DNA of 64,000 bases from Geosiphon pyriformis uo1. Taxonomy: Eukaryota; Fungi; Glomeromycota. The stretch is from NCBI GenBank assembly GCA_016748015.1, contig JAAOMT010000128.1:1247538-1311537 (forward strand). The letters run 5' to 3'. A model generated the notes under the pieces. The model worked only from the letters and a program-made list of their open reading frames with translations. It was not told where the DNA came from and searched no databases. Of this stretch, positions 12,961 through 24,304 are shown in pieces; within the stretch, counting starts at the first letter, position 1; each line of letters opens with the position of its first letter. The position numbers were made by a program, and so were the translations under genes.

Positions 12961-14199
12961 TAATTATTTCAAGCCAATCATTACACCAATAGCACCACTC
13001 ATCAAGTTCGAAGAAGAAGAAAGAAAACCCACCTGGGAAGTCTACCAAGTCTTATGGACCAATGAAGACCACAACAAGCTACCACCAATACTCTCTTGGG
13101 ATGATAACAAAAAAGGGAAGCAAAAAGAAAAACTTATCTGAAATGCCAACCAAGACTGGGAAACTAACAATAACTCAAATAAACTACCATCTTGGGAATA
13201 GAAAAAAACCAACAAAGGGAAAAGAAAAAGGAAGGAAAAAGATCTAACCAAAGAAATTACTGCCACAGAAGAAATAATTAGTGGCTGGGAAAGAAAATAC
13301 TCACAGGAACCAATAAAGGAGCCACCATATATACTCCTCAAATGCAAGGACTGTAGAAAGAAACTTTCTTTCATGGGAGTTTGGGTCATGCCAGATGAAA
13401 ATTACTGGATGCAAACTCATTATTATTACAAGTCTTACTACTGCGAACACTATGACTATCCAAAGAGATAAGACAAGTGGGACAATGAATTTTGTCTCAC
13501 TTGTGGCAAACAGTTGCTTGACAAAAGAATGTGGAACAACATTCCTGGTTGAGGAGGAACATGCGACACTTCATGCCAATACATGATCCTCATTAATGAT
13601 TGGGTGAGTTAGGATACACCAATAACTGCCATTTGGTACTGTGCGATCTCTTGCTTGGACGATTACCCACACAATAAGGACGAGATCTGGTGGATGGCAA
13701 ATGCCAAAGTAGAAGGCACCATGCCCAGCAAAATATTGGAAATCAAGAACAACCCTCCGGAACCAGTTAACATTGTTCTGATTTCTAACCCAGATGCTTT
13801 TCTAGATCTGGAAGCAGGACCAGAAAAATTCTATAAGCACTACCAAAATTTGACACCAACACAAGAAGAACAAGAGCAGTGTTTAGCCCAAATAAACACC
13901 TGACTATGTAATCACTATTTGATTCCATATAACTTCCAATATTGTAATAAGTGTGACCTTATTTATAATCCACTACTACATATAATCTACATGATCCCAG
14001 AAGAAGATGAACCAATAAGCAGCTGCATATTAGAATCAGAATCAATTCTTAATCCTAATTCAAACTCCAACAATGATGATAATGAAAACAATGGGTCCAG
14101 CTCTGCTCAATATGACAATGAAAATAACAACAATTCAGACTCCGATTCAAACCTCGAAACATATATCGCACTCCCTAACCTTACCAAGAAGCAGGAACT

Positions 14200-14625
14200 T
14201 AAATGGTTCAGTGATAACAATGAAGGTATTATGTCAGAACATGCGCATAATACCAATGCCAGATTTGATTTGAGATATCCAAGAAAAGATCCTATCAAAT
14301 TGGAATCACATTCACGCACTTGTATTGATCTGAAAATAGCACTAGAAATTTCAGCAACAACAATGGTTCAACTAGCATCCAGAAGTAGTTTAGCAAAAAA
14401 AGGAATCAATATCAGAAGAGGAATAATTGACACAGGATATATAAGAAATATTATTGTTATACAACAAAATGACTCAGAAAAAGCCTATATCATAGATCCA
14501 AATAAAAAAATAATACAAGCAATATTCCTATCTTTGGTGAAAGTAGCTCAGTTAATGTCAGTAGGAAACAGAGAAAAATTAGGGATCACAGCTAAAGAGA
14601 TACAGAGATTCAGATCAACAGGTAG
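14200..14625 (+). pseudogene. dUTPase domain of the retrotransposon polyprotein
   Basis: Motif I ARFDL (AGFDL), motif II ASRSSLA, motif III RGIIDTGYIRNI (GxIDxxYxG), motif IV IIQAIF (IAQ), motif V AKEIQRFRSTG (RGxxGFGSTG). The listed differences from consensus are G>A-type or other transitions. Confidence 0.88.
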
Positions 14626-15046
14626 AATAGATGTACCAGTTAATATGGTAGAGGAAGAGGTTATTAACAAAGAAAAAATTATCTCAATTCATCAATCAAT
14701 TTCCATTCTACCATATAACCAGTATATGTTAGCCATAAAAAAAAAAATAAAGAATCAAGCTCAGTTGTTTGAGACAGAAGCCACCATTTGTAAATCAGGA
14801 GAAATTAGACTCACTAATCTCTATATATCAGCCAAAAACCCCAAAAACATCAAAATTTCCATCTTTAACACAATGGGAAATGTTATCAAAATACCAAAAA
14901 AAATCATTATTGGATATTTAACCACCAAAGTTGAGGATCAACCACCAAATCACATTCCAGATTTTTTACAGCTTTGCAAATATATAAACATTACATCACA
15001 AACCATCTATGGATGAAGTAAATGTTATCTACTCTAACCAAAACAA

Positions 15047-16456
15047 TTGAAACAGATAAACATGAAGAATCTAAACCCACTCCAACAGATGCAACTAAAG
15101 ATGTTACTCAGCAATTTTAATAACATTTTTGTTAGTGAAAATGAATTTGGCTGCACCAATATCATCCAACATCAGATCAAGACTGGAGATACAATGTCAA
15201 TTAAACAAAGAGCATACAGAGTACCACCAGCTAGCCATGAGATCATTTGTCAAGAAATCAATCAGATGCTTAACAATGGACTAATTCAGCCATCAATGAG
15301 CCCATAGTCATTACCAGTGGTATTAGTCCATAAGAAGAATGGAAAAATCTGGTTTTGTGTAGATTATTGAAAACTCAATAGTATTATTTATGAAGACAGT
15401 TATCCAACTCCACGGATTTAGAAATTATTTGATGCTTTTGGTGGAAATAAATAGTTCTCAACATCTAGATCTAGATAGTAGTTATTGGTAAGTAGCCATA
15501 GATCCAGCCAATAAAGAAAAGACTGTGTTCACAACAAAAGATGAAAATTTTGAATTTAAAATAATGCCATTCAGCTTAATGAATGCTCCAGCCACATTCC
15601 AAAGACTAATGGAAATTGTTTACATGAGACTATTATAGAAATCAGTAGTTATATACTTGGACAACACCAATGTATTTTCAAAAATATTTGACAATCATTT
15701 CCATCATCTACAGCAAGTGTTTGAAAGGCTCAAAAGAGCAGGATTAAAGTTAAATACAACCAAGTGTTTCTTTGGAAAAACTGAACTCAAGTTTTTGGGA
15801 CATATAATGAGCAAAGATAGAATCAAAACAAATTCAGACAAGATTGAGATTGTCAAGAACTTTCCAGTACCAAATAATCTCACAGAATTAAGAGCATTTT
15901 TGAGATTTGCTGAATACTACTACTGCTTTATCAAGGACTTTTTCAAAACAGCTCAACTACTACACCAACTTCAAACAAAGAACACCAAATATAAATGGAC
16001 TGAAACTCAACAAGAAGCTTTTAATACATTGAGAAAAAAGCTTATTCAAGCCCCAGTACTGATCTATTCAGATCATAGCAAGCCATTTATAATCACAACT
16101 GATGCATCTGGTCAAGCATTGGGAGCAGTACTATCACAGAGAAAACCAGATGGAAGAGAACATCCAGTAGCTTACACCAGTAGAAGCTTAAGTCCAGCTA
16201 AAAAGAACTATAGAACTCCAGCACTAGAATACTTAGCTATCTATTGGGCTGTCACCAAATGGAAAGAATACTTGAGCCAAAAGTTTGATGTTTATACTAA
16301 CCACAAAGGATTGACTTCAATCAGAAGCAAAAATTTGGAGACAATTGTCATGCAAGATGGAAAATAGTATTATTACCATACAAATTTATAGTACATTATA
16401 AAAAAGGAAAAAACAATGGAAATGCCAACAGTTTGTCACGAATGAAACAAACCTAG
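15047..16456 (+). pseudogene. Gypsy reverse transcriptase and RNase H
   Basis: IKQRAYRV, FCVDY, MPFSLMNAPATFQ, YLDN (YLDD), LKFLGH, TDASGQALGAVLSQ, LEYLAIYWA, YTNHKGL. Ends ANSLSRMKQT-TAG. Confidence 0.93.
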
Positions 16457-16519
16457 AACATTTCAATTCAAAAAATATAACAAAAACCCAAACAATTAAA
16501 AACAAAAATATAACAAAAA

Positions 16520-17878
16520 ATAAACACACAAAAATACCAACAACTCCAGCATTATATAAATACCCAATTGTTTAAGGAGAAATTATCTCAAAAGAAACAA
16601 AACAACATAAAACAACAATTAAAATATTTTATCAACTACCAAAATATACTTTACTGGAAAAACAGAAAGAACCCAGATTAACCAACCAGAGTAATTACAG
16701 AACCAGAAAAAGAAACAATATTATTCAACATGTACTCAAATCCAATAGCAGGATATTTTCATAAAGAAACAACCATAGAAAGAACCAGAAAGAGATATTA
16801 TTAGCCATCTATGTATCCAGACATTATTCAATACATTCAAAATTGTGATGCTTATTAGAAAAAAGGAAAAGCAAGACCAAGTGAACCATTAAGACTAATC
16901 AAAGTGGAACAACCATTCAATCATATTGGAATTGATTTAGTCAGACCATTAACAATCACTAGCAGAGGCAACAGATATATTACAGTAGCCATGAATTATT
17001 TCACAAAATGGCCAGAAGCAAAAGCCATTCAAAGAGCAGATGCAGAATCCATTGTCAAATTCATCCACCAAGATTTAATTTGTTAATATGAATGTCTAAA
17101 AGAATTATTATTTGATCAAAGAACTTACTTTGTAAATAGAACATTAGCAGAATTAAGCCAAAAATTTAAAAAACTATTTTCATCATCATACTATCCATCA
17201 ACAAATGGATTAATTAAAAGGTTTAACAGAACATTGTGTGAAGCAATTACCAAGATCAGTCAAAAAAACAAGAATGAATAGAACTTGTTTATACCATCTG
17301 TATTATTTGTTTATTAGATAATGAAACAAGACATTACACAAACAACACTATTTGAATTAGTATATGATAGAACAACAATATTACCAATTAAGATAGAAGT
17401 CAACACTTATCCAACAAAACCAATAACTGAAGACAATTTTTGGGAAATGTTGCTAAAAAGAACATATAACTTAATAGAAACACTAGAAAACAAATGGCAA
17501 AGAGCAGCTGATAACATCCAAAAGTCACAAGAGAAACAAAAAAAAAGACATGATAACCAACTACCAGACAAACCAGTTGAATTCAAGATTGGAGACAAAG
17601 TACTACTATATTGTACCAAAGCAGAAAAACAATAGAGTAGAAAATTTGACCCCAAATGGGACAGACCATTTCACATAGAAGAAATTCTAGGAAATGGAGC
17701 TTACAAATTAAGATTAAATAACAAAATCTTGACCAAAGCAGCACATGGAGATTGACTGAAACTATACTACCATATAGCATTATCATCCACTAGTAATATT
17801 TTACAATTAGGAGTACAGAGAATACTAATCCAACCAGATAAGATTCCACGAGATCTGGAACCAATCATTATCATTTGA
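16520..17878 (+). pseudogene. Integrase (HHCC, DDE core, GPY/F), apparently its own ORF
   Basis: Decayed HHCC (MYSNPIAGYF...CDAY), PFNHIGIDLVRPL, YFTKWPEAKAI, NGLIKRFNRTL, KFDPKWDRPFHI..GNGAYKL. Ends EPIIII-TGA. Confidence 0.88.
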
Positions 17879-17920
17879 CAACAACATGTCCAATTGATTG
17901 ACAAAAGAATATATAAGAAC

Positions 17921-18574
17921 ATGGTCAATCCAACAGAAGAGATCAGGAAAATGGAAATTACAGACAATATCTATTCACTAGCCCAACAAATTTTTCAATT
18001 AATCCAACACCAGGAGATAGAAATTACAATCAATCAACAAACCATTCATTACAAAAATACAGCAAAGATACCATAAAACAAAGCACAGAAAAGACTTGAA
18101 AATGTTGTTGACAAGATCATGACCAAAATAAAATTGGCCATAAAAGAACAACAAATAGTCGGATTATACCAAGAACTTACCAGAGAAACTTGAATTTAGT
18201 GAACACAACAATTTTCAAAAAATTATTGTTATTTTTACTTGGAACAACATGTGAATATTCAGAACTTATATACAGATAAAACAAAGCAGTTATTCGACAC
18301 AATAATACTACAACAACTGGAACATTTTGTGGAGAAAAACAACTTATCCACACAAGCTCGAGCTATATACCGAATACACACAGCATTTCAGGATTGACCA
18401 GAAATTCTACTCAACAAAGCAATAGATACAATTACCAGTAATCAATTGGGAAAAATTACCAATGCTCAATTTGAAAAATTACAGACTTAAATAACACAAG
18501 TAATTCTCGAAAATGAAATTCAGGAAATACTTCAAGAGGAAGAATTAAAGGAATTAGATTTTGATAAAGCTTAA
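17921..18574 (+). pseudogene. Extra ORF3 between integrase and PPT, unknown function
   Basis: One reading frame of ~218 codons from ATG 17921. Internal stops can be explained by transitions. Predicted helical, with no TM segment or signal peptide. Confidence 0.65.
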
Positions 18575-18578
18575 TATT

Positions 18579-18590
18579 AAAAGGAGGGAA
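18579..18590 (+). other. Polypurine tract
   Basis: AAAAGGAGGGAA, ending 3 nt before the 3' LTR. Confidence 0.8.
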
Positions 18591-18593
18591 TAA

Positions 18594-19527
18594 TATTACT
18601 CATAGAATATAGGAAATATAGTATTATTAGTCAGTAGATATTAGTCAATCAAATGTAGACATAGTAAATGTGAAATTCCAAAATTTTTCTTAAAGAAATT
18701 GCAGGATTCCAGGAATTTTAGGATTCTCTGACAAGGAATCGCAGGATTCCAGAATTCCAGAATTCCAGGATTCCTCTCATCAGGAATTGCAGGATTCCAG
18801 TAATTCCAGGATTCCTGTCACAAGGAATTGAGGAATTGAGGAATCTCAAATATGTATATATAACAGTAGTATTAGAAGCAAAAAAGACAGAATCAACACC
18901 AAGAATCCTTAACTTAGTTACCACAATCCTCAAATAAATAATTATTCACTATATCAAATTCATTCTTCACTATCAACACTTTATGTTGATAGTAACAGAT
19001 ACTTAACCATACTGAAACAATAGCTCTTGATCATGGCTATTGATGAGATACTAACTTGCAAATTGCCTTGGCTTATTTCTTATTTTTTTTTTTATCTTTT
19101 TTTTTTTTCTTTGTTGTTTACTAACTTGATTAAAGGATTTACTCTTGGAGGACTTATGGAGAAATAAAACTTACTTAAAAATACTTATTCTTGGAGGACT
19201 TATGAAGGAATAAACTTACTTAAACAATACTTACTCTTGGAGGACTTATGGAAGAACTGATGTTAGGAAACAGCACTGATATATACTTATAAAGGATATC
19301 ATACCAGAAGAATCATCAATCATTAAGCTGAGCAAGCAATCGACAAAACTAAGGTTTCAGAGAACTACTAATAAACTGTTATCACTGAATCTTTGTCCAT
19401 TATACAAAGAACTCAATTGAAAAATCTTCAGATAAAATACCTTCAGATTATTATCATTACCAATTGCCTTGAGCACCAAGTTACGGATTTGGTATTCATT
19501 TGACATCCCAAAGAATCATCTATAACA
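18594..19527 (+). repeat. 3' LTR (934 bp)
   Basis: Starts TATTACTCATAGAATATAGG (TG>TA) and ends CTATAACA. Carries a ~44-bp tandem repeat x~2.5 at 19139-19255 that the 5' LTR lacks. Confidence 0.86.
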
Positions 19528-20265
19528 CCAATTAACATCTGAGAGCAAACTATCATCTAAAATTCTAGACTTAGAACCAACCTTCCAGCATACATGATAA
19601 ATAAACCAAAAGATCTCACAAACAAAATGTCTAGAATTATCTGAAACAATACTACCCTCAACTAAAATACACTATTTTTTACATTGGAAGAAAGATACCA
19701 AGAAGAAAGAAAAGCAGTGTCTGCAAGCATGTTAGCATGTTTATTATCTAGAATATCTAAGTGACTCTTAATCTTGCACCAATTAATATTTAAATTCTTT
19801 TTTCTAATAATATTCATAATGTGCTGACATTCGACCCAACACCAATTCCAAAAATCCAAATATACTAGACCTAATTTCAACTTGCACACATTCAAAACAA
19901 TCTAACTGTCTGTAAAAAGGCAAACTAAGCTAAGGAAGGAAACACATTCTAGAGCCAATACAATAGCCTGCAGCTCCATTAAAGTAGAAAATAACAGACC
20001 AGATATCTTAACCCCCAAATCCAAGTTCACATTTTCAAAAAAAACCACCACTTCAGCCCTTATGTTAGCATTTCCCAAGTTCTTTAAAGCTCCATCCATA
20101 TAAACAGAAAGGCTGTCAACCACAGCATCTAACAAATAATCACAAACATGCCCAAACTCACTAGACTCCAAAACACTTGAAAGTCCAAAACCATCAAAAG
20201 AGGAAGGACTGGCAGGAAAAAAAGCTACACCATTAAGAAAATCAACAGAAAGCTTAAACAATAAT
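19528..20265 (-). pseudogene. LINE ORF2 relic (RNase H region)
   Basis: SVYMDGAL..LMELQAIVLAL..LFTDS..WCKIKSHLDILDNKHANMLA, collinear with 995-1720 of copy A. Cut by the 3' LTR. Confidence 0.88.
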
Positions 20266-21253
20266 TCATATTTGTAATTTCTTAATATAACTTATATAAA
20301 TATTAAAAGAATGACACTTTGTTATTATATTTTGTAATTTTATCTCTGATTTATTATTTTGATTATTTTTAATTGCAACCAGTTTTTGATATTTTTAATA
20401 AGTATATTTAAGTTTTTAAATAATATCATTTAATATAAGAATTATTCTATGTAAGTAGGTCTTGGATCGAATAAATAATAACATACAAAATAAGAGTGAG
20501 ATCTCGCTAACCATAATATCCATTTATTCGAGTAAGATATACGCTTATTTCGGAAATCGAATATTTGATTATAAGCTCAAGCTATTTATTTTTGATCTCG
20601 GTCTTTTTATCATTATCGATTTTTTGATGAGACGAGGAAAATTACAAATGTCAGTGATGCAAAGAATATCCGAGAGAAAAGCGATGAAAGAAATTAATAG
20701 ATTTAGGAGGGGAATGTGTAAAATACTTATATGAAACGAGAGAATTATTAATGTGATAATCTGGGTTTTTAGTAAAAGAAAAAGAAATCTTTAAATGATA
20801 GAGGGAAAAATGGATTCTCATTCGTCACAATCTAATTTAATTATGATGAAAGAAATAAATGGACTTGGTAAAGAGAATGATAATTTTGTAAATGACAAGT
20901 GCATTGTTTCTTTCCTTCGAGCTGTTCAAACTAACATGCAAGAAAACTATTTATTTGCCTTTTACATTTATCTACATATTTGTTTGCTCCTTTCTATTTT
21001 GGTTGCATAGTCATTGGCGAACAGCAAACAAAAGTCTAAAGATCTTTTTCTGATTTAGCAGGTTCAAGTTTGTTCCTATAGTATGATACAACACCCCGCT
21101 TTCCAATTCTAAAAAGCAGTTAACTTATAAGTTCATAATAAGGTGGTATTATGTTGCGGAAAACTAAAAGATTGTGTTTTGAGAGTATCGATATCCAAAT
21201 TCCCAACTCTTGATTGCAAATTGGCCAAGAGACTTTTCTTTAGCCCTCTGGAA

Positions 21254-23786
21254 TCAATTTAAATGATCATCCGCATTCTGAAGATCCATCGAATGACTGG
21301 CAAGAAGATTCAAGCCTCTATTCCCAATATTCCCACCCATTCCTACAGTATCAAAATTATCTTTTAACCCGGAATCTTCACAATCCATGAATTCGTCAAA
21401 TTCACTACTGTCGTCAAAATAATCAAAACTACGATAACCACGTCGATCGTTTGCATCGGGTGATTGCCCATATCTTGAAATATTTGAAAGGGATTCTTGA
21501 TTCGAGCCAAATGTTCTCTTAGAAGACAAAATCCTTCCTTCGTTTTGTAAATATGAAGGCAATCTCATAGATTCAGGATCGACATAACCCGAAATATTGT
21601 CTAATGCATCATACTCATCATCCGCGTCATTTAATTCTATATCAGCTTCATATTCAATTTCAGGAAGGAATTCATACATTGATCCACTTTCCGGACTGTT
21701 GGGTCCTTCTACATCCTTTGAATCAGCCTGTGTCCATAAACCTGCTCTTTCCAGTCTAGCTCTCTCCGAGTCACATCTTTCTTTCATTTCTTGATGAAAA
21801 ATTTGTTCAAGGTTGAGTTGTGGTATCGGCCCTTTTAAATGCCTTCTTACCCCTTTAAGTCGAACCAAATCTTCGTCACTTAATTTCGCGTGTCCAAGTC
21901 GTATTAATATAGCAAGAGTTTTATGAAGCCAATATCTTTTACATAATGAAATAATATAAGGCATTACTTCTTCATTACCAAGCTCTTTGTGGTTCGCCGG
22001 TAGCTCTAATTTGGGCTCTCGAATTCGTTCGAGTTCATCGTCCTCCAAAACATACGCAGGTTCTAATGTTCCTTCATCCGGCAAATCACCTAATGCGTCG
22101 AGACCACCAAACTCTATACATTTTTCACAATTACAGTCATCTGCGTGGGGTGATAAATTCACTTTTGGAAAAGATGAATAATTAGATGAGGGTGATAAAT
22201 TTGATGCAGGAAGTTCTAACTCCGGTTCTGCATTGGTTTTTGATGATGGATCTGAATTTTCCAGAAGCGGCAATGTAATAATAGAGCTTGGACAGTAACG
22301 AAGGGGAGACTTGTCTTCAGTATGCGGTGATGCCGGTGATAGCGAAGAGACATCATCTAAATCCATTGAAAGGTATGATTCGTCACGTTTTAGTGACGTA
22401 GGGGATTGAGACTGTAAATTAATCGGAGAGTTGATTTGGCTCGAGTCAGAATAAGATTTCACAGTAGAAAGTTCACTTAATGTGTCGCCAAAAATACTGT
22501 CGTTAGGGCTTCTACGTGTTGTTATTATATGACTTAATTGTCCTGAGCAATAGGAGATATTTTCATTTATGTGGTTGTTATTGTGATCAGAAGCAATATT
22601 CCCAGAACTAGTAAAACTCTTGGAAATATTTTTATCATTAAAAGGGGATAACTGAGTGATTTCATTAGAGTTGTCATTCAAAAGACTCTTAATTTTAATA
22701 ATGTCTCTGGAATTTTTCATTTTCATCGCAATGGCAGTGATTGGCTCTTCAAAACTCTCGCTGTTCCTGGTAAACGCAGGGGTCGACTCAACTTTAGTTT
22801 TGATGATATTATTTGTTGCCCTTTCAGAAGTGGATTCTAATGTATTTTCAATAATGTCTTGACTTCCTGTGACTGGTTCAACTATTACCCGAGAGATTCC
22901 AACGCTTTCATACTTACCAATAACTTCTGGTTTAGCTTCGATTATTACCCGAGGAGATCCTGATTTTTTAAAGAGTAAAGGTTTAGGCTCAAAAAGATAC
23001 GTTGCAGAAGCAGTAGCTGCTTTCGATTCATCCAATTTTGACCCCTGAGGATTGCAAATTGTTTCGAAAGTAATATTTGAAGTTATCCCGGCAGTAGCAG
23101 TCGGTCTGAAAATTTTAGGGGGAGTCATATGATCACTATAATTGTTGTGTTTAGCAAGTGCCAATCTCAATGATTCCATTCTATTATAATCATGAGATAC
23201 ATGTGATGAAGGCATTGTTTTTGTGACAAAAGAATTCCAATTTTCGGTTTGTGCATCTTTCATAGTCGTAGGAAAACTGCTGACAATGGTTCTGGAGTTA
23301 TTGAGGGTTGACTGGTTGGCATATACATTGCCTATTTCAAAGGTGAAATCTTTTGTTGCGGTCTCCATATCATCAATTAAAGAATGGGTTTTTGGCGCAA
23401 TTGGTTTATAAGAAGGCACCAAGGCATCTCTTATGTGGTTTTTAGTTGACTCAATTTCGGTTCTTCCTGTATATTTCGACTTTTTCGTTTCTTGACGGTT
23501 TTTGTGCTGAAATTAGCAGTAAAGGTCAATAGTGAAGTTGTCAGAGCCAAAATGCAAAAGAGGGACTTTACTCGTTATAAAGTCATCGGCTTGCCTCTTG
23601 AGAGAGTATACCAGATGCGTCGGTATTGTTATGTTTTCGCGACCGAAAAGCACCTGGCTTTCGTGACTTTTTATGAGATTTAGTGGTATGAGGCTGTTGT
23701 CTAACTGGATCTTCCTGAATTTGATCAAAAAAGGCTTTTTTCTTGATTTTACGTTTGGGACGTTCTGCAACGAGTGAAGAAAACAT
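21254..23786 (-). CDS. Hypothetical ~810 aa protein, largely disordered, with a basic N-terminus and a short Cys/His plus helical region
   Basis: Open 722-aa frame extends upstream to 23506. Likely first exon 23786-23595 (MFSSLVAERPKRKIKKK) joined by a putative 88-nt GC-AG intron. No family recognised. Confidence 0.7.
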
Positions 23787-24304
23787 CTTTAAGGGTTTTT
23801 GACTTTAGTTTTAAGCATTAGAGTCGTGAGATGGCAGGCTAAGTTTTAGTCAAATCGCGAAGTCTATCAAATAAACCAGATTCCAGAACTTCAGTCCAAT
23901 TTTCCAAAGCCATCTATATTTGGTTATGTTATTGAATCGAGTAGTACTATAAGTTACTGGTTCTTTGTCTCAGCGAATCGAATATCAGTAGCCCGGATAA
24001 ATTCCGAGTTTAAAATTTTTGACTCTTATTGACTCTTGAAAGGCAAAAAAAAGTTTTGACGGGAGGCTTCAGTTTTTTCCGAAAAAAACGTGATACGAGA
24101 CTAATATAGTTGAACAATTGATAATATTATCTACCCTCTCTTATTGCCTCCACTTACTCTTTATCTCAAAGGTATATTAAATGTCCTCGCTGGGTTATTT
24201 TCTATTTGAAAGGTTGAAATGAAAAAAATCAACTTTTTGATATATTTCTATGACCTTTTTCGATCATGGTAGAGGTACCTTTCAACAAAAAACTAAACAT
24301 ACCT

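Larger units (their letters stand above)
9294..19527 (+). mobile_element. Ty3/gypsy LTR retrotransposon (~10.2 kb) with dUTPase and extra ORF3, inactivated
   Basis: Two LTRs, PBS, PPT, and gag-PR-(Cys-rich)-dUTPase-RT-RH-IN in gypsy order. No TSD (left AACAC, right CCAAT). Confidence 0.93.

Noticed and set aside
14200-14625. dUTPase as a direct antidote to the C>T hypermutation
   Set aside because: dUTPase limits dUTP incorporation, not cytosine deamination in DNA, and this copy is itself hypermutated.
17921-18574. ORF3 as an envelope gene
   Set aside because: No signal peptide, TM segment or furin site.
19139-19255. Repeat array resembling CRISPR
   Set aside because: The 'spacers' are near-identical, so it is a tandem duplication inside an LTR in a eukaryote.
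20462-21010. Short plus-strand ORFs (90 and 71 aa)
   Set aside because: No motifs or splice support; they lie in the downstream region of the 21254 gene.
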